From NCBI RefSeq assembly GCF_001447785.1, contig NW_015176019.1:1-64000 (forward strand): a stretch of DNA of 64,000 bases, read 5' to 3'. This DNA comes from Gekko japonicus (lineage: Eukaryota). Each line of letters begins with the position of its first letter. The stretch's first letter is position 1. Shown here one piece after another: positions 11,751 through 25,178 of this stretch. The notes below the pieces were generated by a model. The model did no database searches. It had not been told where the DNA came from and was given only the letters and a program-made list of their open reading frames with translations. The translations under genes and the position numbers were made by a program.

Positions 11751-13387
11751 TACCCTTCTTGTAATTTACCAGCCCTTGATGGCTTGGATTAAAAATAAAA
11801 ACTGACCATGATGGGCAATACTCCAATTTTAGCCTTTAACCATACTTAGCAATGTGATGGGCAGAAAGGCAAGTAATAAAATATCTGAACTATTTTTGCT
11901 CGTTCTTCAGCAAAAAGCAGGATCCAAGAGATGGGATCTAGAGAGAATTCTGATTCACATTCTCTGCATTTTCATATATTAATAGATAGGCGCTTGGAAA
12001 GAGGAAATTAATAGCAGGGCAAGGTAAGGTTCATTGTAATCAAGAGAAGCATCCAGCTCCCTAAGTCTTTCATCTTCCCATCCTTCTGCATGATGAGCAC
12101 TCAGATAAAGAATTTGTCACACACACACACACACAATTATTCTATCTCTTCCAAATAGAAGACTGATTTCAATTGCTGGTTGAGGACACACAAATCCAGA
12201 AATATTGGAAGCTCTTTACCAGATTATAACATCAATGAAGATTTATCTGTGAGAGCAATTTTTAATTTTACTATTGTAATTTACTCTGATTTTCTATTCA
12301 GAGGCAATCAGTGAGGGAGAAAGAGCAAAGAACAATAATAAGATGCCCTATCTGACCTTCAAGAAAATTATTGTTTCACTGATTTTTCTCCCCATTCCCT
12401 CTCACTTCCTTAGAGAGGAACACATTGAAGCTTTCCATTTTAAAACAGGTGCCTAACTGGGAACTGTCTGCTGTAGACATATAATTGATTGCGGACAGCA
12501 GTGCCCTTAATCCCAGAGCGCCTTTTGTTGCTTTTGTCACCTTTTTATATGAATGAATAGGAAAATAAGTGTTACCACCCATTCACCAATATAAAAAATA
12601 TTTGGGAAATGCTGCTTGTTGGCTAACAGCATGTGCCAGTAGAGATTGGTTTGGAAAACATTTGCCGTTTATTCCGCCTCCATGCCGCCACCCCCCCACA
12701 CACACGTTTTCCCCTGCACCAGTAATAAACCACAAAAGTAAACCTGTGAAGGCTACAGCTGTATTAGCAATGATATTTTACAATAATGACTGGCTTTTTT
12801 CCTGCTCGCAAATTTTAGTTTTTAAATGAAATGATTTGTATTAATTTAGATTAAAAATGCCTTCCTGGGAATATTCAGCTTCCTATCTGAATCAAGCCTT
12901 GCTTAACACAGATGGGTTTTTTTTAAATATCATCTGAGAGGGAATAGATCAGTTTTACTGAAGATGGGGAATTCCAAGGATTTCGAAACACAAACAGAAC
13001 AGATTTTCATATTCTAGAAAAGCTGCTCTAATTGTCTGCCTTGCTTGTCATTATGAATGAGTGCAGAATTCAGGAGCAAAAACCACATGCACACACACAC
13101 ACACACACACACACGAGTTTTTTCGGAATAATCAACAATAGGAGGTTCCAGGGGAATGTTGGAGGAGGAGGCGGAGGAGGAGGAGGAGCCAGTTGACATT
13201 GTAACCTCTCCCCCCCCCAGCCCATGTCCAGGTGCCAATGAAAATGCTGGTGTCAACAAGGCATTTCACATTACCTTTCTAAATTGGATGCTATTGGTTA
13301 TTGGCCTGTCATCTTTTAAGCAATACAGGAATGGGGGTTTCACACAGTAATTTTCTTCTCATTAATGAGCCATCCTTGAAGTGTTAT

Positions 13388-13835
13388 GGCCATTTCAAAC
13401 TGTGCTGCTTTTTCCCTGCCCATGATATTCCTCTGAGGTTTTTTTAAAAAAATGTTCTGTTAGGAGTGCTGAAACAGGATAGCAAATCAGCGCAATAGCT
13501 ATCCCATTGAGATGACTGAACTCCATGGAGATAGATTGTGATACATGCAATTGTGACTGCTGTCACCTGGAAACAAGGAGCTCATTGGACGGCGGCCTTA
13601 AGCGGGAGCTTTGGGCTTCAGTGATTGGTGTGACTGATGTTTCCAGGTGACAACAGTCGTGATTGCATGTATCTCAGTGTGTCTTAGTGGAGTCCAGGCA
13701 TCTCAGTGATGCTGGCTATGACACCGGTTTTTTGGTCCTGTTTCAGCACCATAGTGCTCCCAATAGAACATTTTAAAACAACCTCTGAGGAAGATCGCAT
13801 GTGCAGCAAAAAAGGGTGGGGGGAAGCAGCAAAGC
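13388..13835. mobile_element. Long imperfect palindromic MITE
   Basis: Paired arms: GTGCTGAAACAGGA / TCCTGTTTCAGCAC; GATACATGCAAT..GACTGCTGTCACCTGGAAACA / TGTTTCCAGGTGACAACAGTC..ATTGCATGTATC. Confidence 0.8.
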
Positions 13836-15310
13836 AGGAAGCACTAGTGGGCATTTCATACAGCGTACCATAGTGATTCAGAAAAACAAGGAGTTGAAAA
13901 TGGGAAGACAGTCGTTTTTGTCAACAATGTCTCAGACACGCTTCACCAACAGGAGAAAACCCGGATTGTATGAAATGGTAAATAAATTCCACTAGCAGCC
14001 AAAATGGGTCTGTCCGAAATGACGGGGTGGGGGGGGAGTTAGTAACCAGTTACTGATACGGAATACACAGGCAGTCTGAAAAGTCTCAATATAAATGCTT
14101 CAATTGATTTCATTAAAAAACAAAGCCACCTTTCTGCCCTACAGGGCTCCTCTTTGGCATACTACAGTCCTCCCAACAGTGGAGGATGGCGTGTTTCCTT
14201 TGTTTGGTCCCTTAATCTGTTCTGTGATTAGATGGGGCAAAGTGATGTCAGGGAGGCATGCCAGTGCTGACATGCTTTGATTGGCTGTTTCCATGTACTG
14301 CCTACATGAGGACAGTGTAAGCATGCTGCTCTGTGAATGATAGGTAGGAAGGGTGTCACTATGCATACCAATGTATTTCCTATGCACACAGATATTTGAA
14401 GTTTGGTCTTTTTTGTCATTTCTCTTACGTGCTTGAGAAGCTTATGATACAAAGGAGTTACACCAGTGCCATCGGGGCAGACTGGACAAGGGCCACACAC
14501 CACCCTGGCCTGGCCCTTTTAAGGAAGGAGAGGGGGGGAGGCAGTCAGCCTGTCCCTGCCCCTGCCGCAGTCCCACCCTCCCAAAGAGGAGGCAAGAATA
14601 GAGGCAGCCTGCCTACCCAACTGGCCAGTTGCTGCCTCCTTCAGCCCCACAGGGCTTGGGTGGACAGAACACCACCTCCCTCACCTTGTGCTGGGCTTGA
14701 GTGATCCAGGGATGGCTCCCTCATGTCAGGTGCTGCCTCCCTTGCTTCAGGCAGGCCAGGTGCTGCCTCCCTTGCTCCATACAGTTCTTGAGTGGGCTGG
14801 GTGCCACCTCCCATGCTTCCTGTGAGCTGGGCCCTGCCTCCTTTGACTTACGCTGGGTGGGTGCCACCACCCTTACCTCACCCATAGCTCAGGTGGTGGC
14901 TCTTTTCATCCATGCAGGGCTCACATGGGTCTTGGGCAGTAGCTCCCTTGCCTCATACAGGACTGAGCAGGCCAGGCAGTGACTCTCTCACCTCCTGTGG
15001 GCAGGGTGCAGGCCTTCTGCCACTGGACTGGCCCAACCCAGGTGTTGGGGTAAGGCCATTGGGCCACCAGGTGACATCCAGCTGCCTATCATGCCCAAGC
15101 CCCTGGGTGCCATGCTGGCATTGTGTTGCATCAGCATCTAGGGTTTCTGAATAAGTTGCCAGTTATCTTTTTTACCACCAGAGTAAAGTGTGGTAAATTG
15201 CTGGTTGTTTCACTGTTGCAAGAAACAAATAATCAAACATTATTTCTAACACATCGATTGAAAACAGAGCACCCAGTTAGAATGTTTACAGCAAGGACTC
15301 AGAAAGATAG

Positions 15311-15674
15311 TGTGGTGTGTTCGAAAAGGCTTGCGTGAATGGCCACATGACTCTCCATGTTAAGCTTCGAGCTAACTTACTATTGGTCCTCCGAGCTAAC
15401 TTACTATTGGTCACTCCACAACAGCGACCAATCAGAACTGTGCCAATTCCCTGCGAGGGAAGAACTCTCATTGGACGTTATCCGCACAACCTCATTGGTT
15501 GTTTATTGTAAATAGGCGTGGCTACATTAGCCCCGGAATGTTTAAAAGGAGCCTAGCTCCCAATGTTAAACTGTTCTGGTTATGACTTATTTCAAGCACT
15601 TGTTCATACCTGCAATAAAGCTGATCACTATTGCTGAAATCACTCTCCGACTCTTTGTTAGCGGCGATCTAACA
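15311..15674 (+). mobile_element. Solo Gypsy-type LTR related to the LTR at 4868
   Basis: TGT...ACA ends with a perfect 5-bp TSD GATAG (15306-15310 and 15675-15679). Shares GTGGCTACATTAGCCC(C)GGAATGTTTAAA and TTGCTGAAATCACTCTC with 4868-5238. AATAAA at 15614. Confidence 0.92.
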
Positions 15675-17091
15675 GATAGGTTTTGTGCAAACTCACACAT
15701 CCAACTCTTCTCCCATCTTGAAACCCAGTTATCAAGGAGAGAAGTAGGATGTGTGAAAGGAAGAGGAATCCATTAATTATTTGTGTCAGCTTGACAGAAA
15801 ATGTTATATATATCTGTGAATTGTTCCACAATTCCTTTTTTTTTTACACAGTGACCTGTATCCAACCGTGCAGCTTCTCCAGCGGAATGGCATTTGTGGA
15901 GGAGGGGGTGGTGATTTCTGCTGATTATGCCTTCCCCATTCAGACTGCTGACTTTTGGCCCTTTACTGCTTCCCAGGGTCAGCTGACTCCCAGGAACAAT
16001 CGGGAGAGTTCCATGGGCTGCAGCAGAAGGGGAAGAAGGAAAGTCACCAATCTGTGAAGTCCTCTGATGGTTGGTGTTGCAACCTGCCAGTGCTCTCTGA
16101 GCTCTACATCCTTCCATCTATCTTACTTCTGTTCTTTAGGGGGTCAACAGTGCCATGCTAAGCATGTACTCACAATCCTATGCGAGTCTATTAAATGGGG
16201 CTTTTGCCTAGGCAAGTGGACCCAGAAGGATAAGCTCTTGAGAATCTTTTCTATGTTTGCTGGCTTTCACAGGCTTTCAACAGGACTGGCCATTCCAGTG
16301 CATGGTGTCCAATTCCATTACAAATTATATGAACTATTTATGGATTGTCACTTAAACCGAATGACATTATGATTCATTTTTCTTAGAATGATCCCTTCCA
16401 TGACTATAATGGGTGAAATTTTTAGATCTAGATCTGGTAGAGACTTACGTTTACATTTTAAGTGCATAAGACAAAATAGAATGATATATTAGAATCAGAG
16501 TAAGCTAAATGGTTAGCATTTATTCACTCATAACTAATAAGTGCAAAACCAATCTATGGTCCATAATTAGTTCTTTCTGTCAGCCATTGCATTGGTTAAA
16601 TAAATAGGCATAGCAGAATTTTTAAGGCACAGACAGTTTATGTTTCTATCCTTGTAAAGCACCATAACTATTTTATTGCATTATTAAAATTACTTGTTTC
16701 CAACATATTACTTAATGACTGAGCTGCACAAAAAACACTACATTGTATACCTAGCAAGGATGGGAGGACTGGACTATGTCTAATGGAAGGCAAACTACTG
16801 CTTTGGAATAACACATAAACTACACTGGACTTTCGTGAAACTTTCTGTTTGAAACTTCTTCTGGCCATTTTGTGACAGGGTTATAGTTGCCTTAATCTGA
16901 AGTGGAAGCTCACTTCTGATCTTAGTGGAGGGAAAAATTGTGTCTCAGAGGACTGTGGGAAAAGATATAAAGTTCTATTTTGTCACACAGCTAAATGTAT
17001 CTCAGCCTTACTGAAATCAATGGGATTTAAGTTCACAGTTAGTTAAATCCCAGTTTAAGTGAAATTCATACAACTTGTCCCCCTAGGGAGA

Positions 17092-17270
17092 GAAGCCATA
17101 ACTCAGAGGTAGGTAGAACATCCGCCCCAGGTTCAGTACCCAGCATCTACAGTTAAAAGGATGTGGAAGAAGTGATGTGAAACACCTTGACCACAGACCC
17201 TAGAGAACCTCTGACAGTCAGAGCAGGAAATACTGATTGCTGATACTGATTGTCTGACTCAGTATAAAGC
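17092..17270 (+). mobile_element. Degenerate tRNA-derived SINE, same family as 27682
   Basis: CAGCATCTACAGTTAAAAGGAT...AATACTGA...TCAGTATAA aligns with 27682-27882. Confidence 0.7.
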
Positions 17271-17507
17271 AAAGTATTGCCAACCTCTGAGTGGGACCTG
17301 GAGATCTCCTGAAATTACAGTTCATCTCCAGACTACAGAGAGCAGTTCCCCTGGAGAGGATGACTTCTTTGGACGGTAGGGCTTGAAGGCATTATACCCT
17401 GCTGAAGACCTCCAGGAATTTCCTAACCTGTAGTTGGCAACCCTAAAAAGCAGCTTTATGTATCCATGTTTATAATGTAAAATAATTAAGGTTTCTGTTT
17501 TGCCGTG

Positions 17508-17789
17508 TAATAAAGTCTGCATGGTCAAAGCAATGGTATTCCCAGTAGTCATGTATGGCCACCAATTGAGAAGGGAGCACTCTCTGGAGAAGACCCTGAT
17601 GCTGGGAAAGATTGAAGGTCAAAGAAGACAGGGACGGCAAAGGATGAGATGGATAGACAGTGTCATAGGTGCAACGAACATGAAATGGAGCCAACTTCAG
17701 AGGACGGCAGAAGACAGGAAGGCCTGGCGTGATCTGGTCCATGGGGTCGCAAAGAGTCGGACTCGACTGTGCAACTGAACAACAACAAA
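17508..17789 (+). mobile_element. RTE-BovB LINE 3' fragment with internal deletion
   Basis: VKAMVFPVVMYG|HQLRREHSLEKTLMLGKIEG...AWRDLVHGVAKSRTRL, then a TGAACAACAACAA tail. Confidence 0.92.
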
Positions 17790-19074
17790 ATGTTTTGATT
17801 GTGGTTGTGGAGCCAGACGTTGGTATCCTAGAATTGTAATTCTTTATGTATTTCCAGATGTTTAGGTGCACTGTTGATTGGGGGGAGGTCCTTTTGTCTC
17901 ATTTTTTGATCACTAGGTTTTCTAGAGGGTCTGTTCTTTTGCGGGGCAGCTCTTCCAGAAATGCCACAGTTTTCACAGCATGTGGAATCCATGGGCATAA
18001 TCACAGCAACTGTAAAGGGGAGGGAACTGTCTCTTGTGGACCCATTGAGGGGCGCAGGTGAGGGAATAAAACACACCATATAGATTTGGAGAAATAAAGC
18101 GGCCACAACTTGTATTGATTATGCCGCAGGAGCATTGGCACAGCATAGGGATGGATCCTGCATCAGGCAACCTGCCTGCCATCCAATGAACCCCACAGCC
18201 CCAGCCTATCTGCTGGGATGCTACCAGGAACTGGCAAACCTCAGGGAGCCGTGTGGGTGCTGGCCACTGCATGCTTCCCTTGCCACCTGGTGTTGAGAGC
18301 CCCGCTGACAGCTCCCGAGCTGGGCATGCTGCTGAATAGGCTCTTCCCAAGATTCCTTAAGGGAGTCGAACCGTGGGATGCAGGTATGCGGGCACCGCCT
18401 CCCTAACCAAAAGGATCCGTCCTATGCCCCAACTGCCCAAAGCTGTGACAGTAATGAAAACCACAAATCACTGTTCCGTAACAACCATATCGCACAGGAG
18501 GGGTGGGTAGGAAAGCTGCAGAGATCCAAGGCAGAGGATTGGGTGGCATTATGTTAAATAGAGGAGGGTGAGGCAGGTAAGGCCCCCAGGTTTGCCCACC
18601 TCCAGACCAACCCCGGTGTGATCTGTGCATGCAGAAGGGGGCGGGCAGCATTCAGCTGTCCACACTAGAGCCCGACCCCCAGCCTAGCCATGCAGTCTGC
18701 AGGACACCAGCTGCATGGCTGCCCTCGTTGCACCCTGGAGCCCCAGAACCCACAATAACGGAGTGGGGGGGGTAAGCCTTGCTGAAATTTTGTGGGGAAA
18801 GGCAACGTGTATGCAAAAGGGTGCAGAAGCCCTTCCTGCCTCAGCCAAAGGATAATTTTATTCTGCAACTCAACTTTGTTCTTGTTTCCAACAACAGGAG
18901 TGTTTCTAGAGTTGCCAAACTCCAGGGATTTCAGCTGCTCTCCAGGCAACAGAGATCATTTCCTCTGGAGAAAAGGGCTGCTCTAGAAGGTAGACTCCAT
19001 GGCATTATACATCACTGAAGTCCTTCCCCTCCCCAATCCCTGCCCTTACCAGACTCCACCCCCAAAATCTCCAG

Positions 19075-19329
19075 GAGAGCCAGTTTGGTGTAATGGTTAC
19101 GTGTGCAGACTCTAATCTGGGAGAACCGGGTTTGATTCCCCACTCCTCCGCTTGCACCTGCTGATGTGACCTTGGGTCAGTCACAAGCTCTGGCACAGCT
19201 GTCCTTGAAAAAGAGCAGTTTGTGTCAGAGTTCTCTCAGCCCCACCCACCTCACAGGGTGTCTGTTGTGGGGAGGGGAAGGGAAAGGAGTTTGTAAGCCG
19301 CTCTGAGACACCTTTGGGTAGTGAAGGGC
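19075..19329 (+). mobile_element. Squam3-like tRNA-derived SINE inserted in a MITE
   Basis: Head GAGAGCCAGTTTGGTGTAATGGTTA...GGTTTGATTCCCC (A/B boxes); body CTCACAGGGTGTCTGTTGTGGGG. The host MITE resumes at 19512 (CTGGCAACCCTA). Confidence 0.85.
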
Positions 19330-20592
19330 NNNNNNNNNNNNNNNNNNNNNNNNNNNNNNNNNNNNNNNNNNNNNNNNNNNNNNNNNNNNNNNNNNNNNNN
19401 NNNNNNNNNNNNNNNNNNNNNNNNNNNNNNNNNNNNNNNNNNNNNNNNNNNNNNNNNNNNNNNNNNNNNNNNNNNNNNNNNNNNNNNNNNNNNNNNNNNN
19501 NNNNNNNNNNNACAGCTGGCAACCCTACGAGCGAAACATTAAGAAAATAATTTTAATAAAAAAGAGTGGAAGCATGAAACATGAATCGAACACCTATCAT
19601 TATTCTAACTGACATTTCTTTTACTCCTGTTGAGCCTCCTGTTCTTCTGTGTAGCCATATAAATAGTGGAGGCTTCTGTTTAGCTGCAGGAACTGAGGTT
19701 AAAGCAGGTTCAGTTTAAAATTGCAGCTTAAATGAATGATGTCTGGTTTATAAATGGTTTGCTGATGTTTATGCATTAGAAATACATATGAAGAATCAAT
19801 GTTTTGTCACACTGAGTCACAGAAACACAAAACATTCTGTAAACTGAATATAAGAACCTTTTTTATTTGTATTCAATTCATACTTTTTAAAGACCTTTGT
19901 GATAAAGATGTCCAGCAATGGTAGCATTATAAAGATCACCAGTTCAGAAATATTTGCAAAACAGCAAGATGCTGGGGAAAACAATATTGCCAGTGTAAGC
20001 ACCGGATAAACTACCCATGTGGGTAAATTAGTTATGCAGATAGCTAGACATCAATGTAATTCTAATGGTAGATAAAAAGAAAGTATAGAGTATAGAAAGC
20101 CGTATACAAAATTAATGAGTGTACTTTATTGGCAAAAAGAATGCTAACACTGAGATACGGAAAGGGTCATTCAGTAACTCTGGGGGGGGGGGGGACATAG
20201 AAAAATAACCTTGCCACATATTCAAATGTGAGTATGGTTGTGGGAGTGGAATTGTTATGGATAGACTGGCCGACATAAAAGACTATGCTGCCAACTCTGT
20301 ATTCAGAAAGTCCTGGACAGTTGGGGGTGGAGCTTGGGGTGGGCAGAGTTTGAGGAGAGGAGGAACCTCAGCAGAGTGTAAAGGCATAGAGTCCACCCTC
20401 CGAAGCGGCCATTTTCTCCAGGTGAACCACTATCTGTAGATTGGAGATGAGTTGTAATTCTGAAAGATCTCCAGGCCCCACCTGGAGGTTTGAAACACTA
20501 GTATCTGTGTACCAAATAATTATTGGACAGATTGTTTTATAAATTGCCTGCTTCTTCTTGCTAGAGCTGAAATGCCTAATGCTATTTACAAG

Positions 20593-20841
20593 TAGGATTG
20601 CTAGGTTCCCCCTGGCCACCAGCAGGGCATGGGGAGGGGGAGGGTCACCAGATCCAGGTTGGGAAACTCCTGGAGATTTGGGGATGAAGCCTGGGGAGGG
20701 CAGGGACCTTAGTGGGGTAAAGTGCCGCAGAGTCCGTCCTCCAAAGCAGCCATGTTCTCCAAGGGAACTGATTTCAGTGGTCTGGAGATGAACTGTAATT
20801 CCAGGGGTCCCCCAGGTCCCATCTGGAGGCTGGCATCCCTA
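20593..20841 (-). mobile_element. hAT-type MITE of the abundant family
   Basis: TIRs TAGGATTGC / GGCATCCCTA; 8-bp flanks TTTACAAG / TTTACATC. Confidence 0.8.
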
Positions 20842-23329
20842 TTTACATCAATTGAATGCGAAAGTTCCCATTCATACTGATGTTATTTTGAATGTGCACC
20901 CTGATCCACCAAGAGGCATGTGTGTTAGGAAAAATAGGGTCTTAGTGCTCTTTGGAGCTGTCCTACCTTGAAGGGATGGCCTGCAGTGAGTAGTCCCACC
21001 AGTTAGCCCTGCAACCCAGGAGAATTCACTAAAAGATCAAATTACACAGCAGCTTCTGTCGCAGTGAGGGCAGAATCATGCACTATTGGAAAGATTCGCA
21101 CTGTTCCTCAAAGTGCAGTAAACAGAGAGAGAAGTTCATAGTTGAAGCATAGTTTACTGAGCAACTACAGGATAAACAAAGCACTGTAGCAAACCTATCA
21201 TCTCCCCAAGAGGCAAAAGACCAACTCCTTTCCCAAAGGTTAAGTCCCTTCCAGCCCCTGTGGGAAAAAAATCAGCGACAGAGAAACAAGAGACATGGGG
21301 GGGGGGGGGGCGCGGAGGGGGGGGGGATCAGGTATACCTGTCTTGTTAGCACACTACAATGCCTGGGTTTCTTGAGGCCAGCCAGCGGCAGCTCCCCTTG
21401 CAATAGGCAGAAGGTCAACCCTATGCTGCTCTAGGGGTCTTTTTTAAGGGGTTGTCCAAGCTAAGTGTTCCCCACATCCTGGTCGTGCTGCATATCTGCA
21501 TGCTCACTGCATGTTCGCTGCATGTTGCAGGTGTTTGTGGAGGACAGAACAGGACTGACCCTTCTGGGATCTTATCTGGACTTTTGGCATTGCATGTTCT
21601 TCTGGGGCAGGCCTCTGGAGGGTCTTGCTCTACTGTAACAAGCAAGTGACCTTCAGGTTCAATAAGCAAGTCTCCTGGCTATCTCTTGCTGATACAGTAA
21701 GATACGCTTCTTTCCAGAGAGACAGGCTGTGCTTTTAGGAAAGGCAGAAAAGGCCTGAATGATTCAAACATGGCTGTGCTTCAGACAATGGAAAGGGCCC
21801 AGTTGAGGCCTAGAAAGTGGCTGTCATATTCAGGGTTATGCCTGGCATTGTTGCTCTACTTGGGGTTTCCAGGATACACAAATGCAAAGAAAACAAGTGG
21901 AGCAAGATACAGGAGCAAGGTCTACAAACCAGTCCAGAATCAGAGATCTGAAGGTCCAGTCCAGGGGTGAGGGTGAGGAGGGTCAATGGTCCAGTTCCAA
22001 GGCTTGGGAACGGGTGCCGGATACAGGGGTCTGGGTCCCAGGCTTCAGGAGCAAGCACAGATTACCAGAGAAAAGGTACCAGGCAGCAGGGTCAGGGTAG
22101 AGCTCTGTTTGCTAAGCAGGTCAGCACACAGAGGTCCTTGAGGTCCTTCCCTTCCCTAAGCCCCACCTTTCCCAGGCTCCACCCACAAACCTCCAGGAAT
22201 TTCCCAACTTGGAGTTGGCAACTCTTAGTCAAGTGCACAGATCATTCTGTTTGCCCCCTCTTGCTTGAAATGCTGCCTGTCCAAACAGATTGGCAGCCAT
22301 TAAACTCAATAAAACAGACTTGTACTAACACCAGAAAGTTTATTTTAAAAGATCATGCTTATAAATCTCTGGCAGACTGTTTCATTCATTCTTGATGTCA
22401 ATGGTTGGCTGCAGAGCTACACAATGATGACAATTCTTGGGGGGGGGACTACAACTCTCATTGGACTACATGAGACTGTACATGTGTGAAGGGCTCTCAG
22501 TTGCTCTGTACTATACCATTTAAATTCACAGAAAGTAGCCCGCTGAACAAGATTGGGCTATTCACAAATTGCCAAATTGCCCAATGAAAAGTCAGCTCCC
22601 TGCTTATGATGAGAAAGCAGACATAGGCTGAAACAGTGGGTACTCAAACATCCATAATTGGAACATTATATTCTGCTGAAAATTAAGACCTGCCATTTCA
22701 AGTTTTGAAGACCATTTTATTGTATATGTTCATTTAAATATATAATATGAATTATTATGCTAATTTCCTTAGTTTAATCTTCTTGCCTAACTCTAATTTG
22801 TTGTTAGTAGTTCTTTTTTTAATGTTTCTGCATGCCCAAAGATTTATTCTCTAGCTGTAAATGTAAGCGAGAAGTGAGAATTGCTTTGTTTAAAACCCAC
22901 AGAAGCCAGCAGAAGAATCCTAATTAATCTCTAGAGACACAGAATGGCTCTTCATTGGTTATGTCTGAATGCTTTTGAAATACATATTAGTTGGGAGGTT
23001 AAAAAACAAGCATATTCTCATCTTTGTAGAAACAGTTTGATCCTCCAGCACTGAATACTACAGTGAATCTATGAGTCTTCAAAGAAAAATGCTTTTTAAA
23101 ATAAGTAGAAAGATGCCTTCCATATGTCTCCATTTCACAATTCAGAATTAATTGGTTTCCCTGTTTAGTAGGAAGCTGCTAATATTTCAAGTTTTGAGAT
23201 ATGATACATACATCGCTTACTGTTATGAATAATGTTAGAATATTGGCAATGTACAAGTGCTAGGCAACTGAATCCTAAAATCTCAGAGGTTGGTACATCA
23301 CTCAAACTGATACAGCTGTCCTGGCATAG

Positions 23330-23560
23330 AAGAATTTATACCCCACTCTTCACTACCTGAAAGAAACTTGGAGTAGCTTACAATCGCCTTCCCTTCCTCC
23401 CCCCACAACAGACACCCTGTGAGGTAGGTGGGGCTGAGAGAGCTCTGAGAGAACTGTGACTGACCCAAGGTCACGCAGCTGACTTCATGTGGAGGAGTGG
23501 AGAATCAAACTCAGTTCTCCAGATTAGAGTCCACCGCTCTTAACCACTACTCCAGCCTGG
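23330..23560 (-). mobile_element. Squam3-like SINE
   Basis: Reverse complement of 28168-28450 (CCCCACAACAGACACCCTGTGAGGTAGG...TTAACCACTAC). Confidence 0.85.
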
Positions 23561-24232
23561 CATAGCTAATTGCTGTCCTCAGTGCAGTTATTGAGCCAGT
23601 ACTTACTGGTCCCTTGTAGGGAATTACATTGTATTGTGTCTGCAGTTTATGCTTCAGCTGCTCCCTGGGGCTCAAGGTGAAACTAGAGGTTATGGCCTAA
23701 AATGAAAGATTCAAAAATGTTGTGAGGGCCCTATCCTGATCGGGCCTACAGTGCGGTGGGATGAGGTGGGGGGTTAGCCGGTTTGACACTTGAAATGATG
23801 AGGGGAGGGAAAGAAGTGCACTTTGTCCCAGCATGCTGTGGGCCCAATCAGGACAGGGCCCTTGTGACTTTCTTAGATCTTTCATTTTAGTCTTTTCTTG
23901 GCAGCATCCCCATGTCAGACATAAGGGTTTTGGCACATCTACTTTGGCCCTCAAATTCAGCAAAACAAAAGGTATGAGTGTTTGACCAGCAGCAGTTGTA
24001 GGGACTGGTGGTCATTCAGAAAAGCAGTTGTATTCTTGTTTCTCCTGCTTTTATATGGGTTAACATGACATCATATCAACGTTCTGCCAGCAGGTGAGGG
24101 ATGTCTGCATTGTGCATACTTACTCTGTGCCCCCTGTGTGAGACACACTACCAGCAGCTGTTGAGGGAGGAAATGTTCCGGAGTCAAGACACAGGAGGTA
24201 TATATTGTGTGGGAGGCAGCTGTATTAACAGT

Positions 24233-24763
24233 GGCCCCGTTCACACGGAGCAGAAGCCACGCTAAATAGACGGAAGAGAGGCGGAGTTACCTGGCACGAT
24301 CACACGGCAACATCTGGGGAGCGTAGAGCTCCCGTGGTTGAACTGTGGCGAACCGCCGATAAAACGGAGCAAAAAACTAGTACCTCGGAGGTACTAGTTT
24401 CCGGAAACTGCGGGGCAAGGGCGGGCGTCTGATCGCGTTTCCGGTGGCATCCGGCGCCCGTCCATGTCCCCTTGCGAAGAAGATTTTTTTTTTCCCCAAG
24501 TCTCCGTGGTTGCGCATAAGCACTCAACGGAGCATGCGCATTCGTAGTGTACACAAAAAAAGAAACCCAGTTCGCCGCGCCGCGCGCTTCTTCGTTGCGC
24601 GCAGGCATGTGTTGTGATCGACGCCTCTCCGTAACCACGGAAGCTCCACGGTACCTCCACAGAACCTCCACAGGAGGTATGATCACTTTACTGCGTGTTA
24701 GTTTGCCCCGGGGCAAACAGCCACACTTCTCCCCCGCAGTTTCCTGCGCGTGTGACCGGGGCC
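24233..24763. mobile_element. PIF/Harbinger-type non-autonomous element, CpG-rich
   Basis: TIRs GGCCCCGTTCACACG / CGTGTGACCGGGGCC; 3-bp TSD AGT. Confidence 0.85.
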
Positions 24764-24969
24764 AGTATGAAGTAACAACATCTGTTCTCACCCTTGGTTG
24801 TGCAAAGGGCCCTTTCTCTAGAAGGCTGTTCACCAAAACTGGCCCATATGTGAGCTCAAAACCAGTACAGTGTAAGGACAGAGAGATGTAGCTATATTCT
24901 CCAGTACCTGAGATAGCCTGGCTGGAGGTTTTATTGTATTTAGAAGTGTTGTGATGGGCTACAGATTTA

Positions 24970-25178
24970 GGGTTGGATCCTATTACTGACGTCCACTAAA
25001 TTAACTCCCATGACTCCCTTCTACCAAGTCTTCTTCTAACAGAGAAATCCTTCAACAAATACAGGCTGTTCTTTATCAGAGGAAGACTATCTCCACCAGA
25101 AAAAGTAATTTTATGTTGGAGAAAATCTTTCTCTGTTCAAGGAAGGTTTAGTGGAAGAAATTCATAGGATCCAACTCC
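24970..25178. mobile_element. Old palindromic MITE
   Basis: Inverted ends GGTTGGATCCTA ... TAGGATCCAACT. Confidence 0.55.

Noticed and set aside
13156-13350. Poly-Glu/Pro ORF as a possible exon
   Set aside because: Explained by a (GAG)n microsatellite and a C run; no convincing splice sites or homology.
24300-24891. 178-aa and 114-aa ORFs with CpG-island appearance
   Set aside because: They mostly overlap a TIR/TSD-bounded MITE. The same applies to ORFs at 31698-32096, 51765-52304 and 59679-60189.
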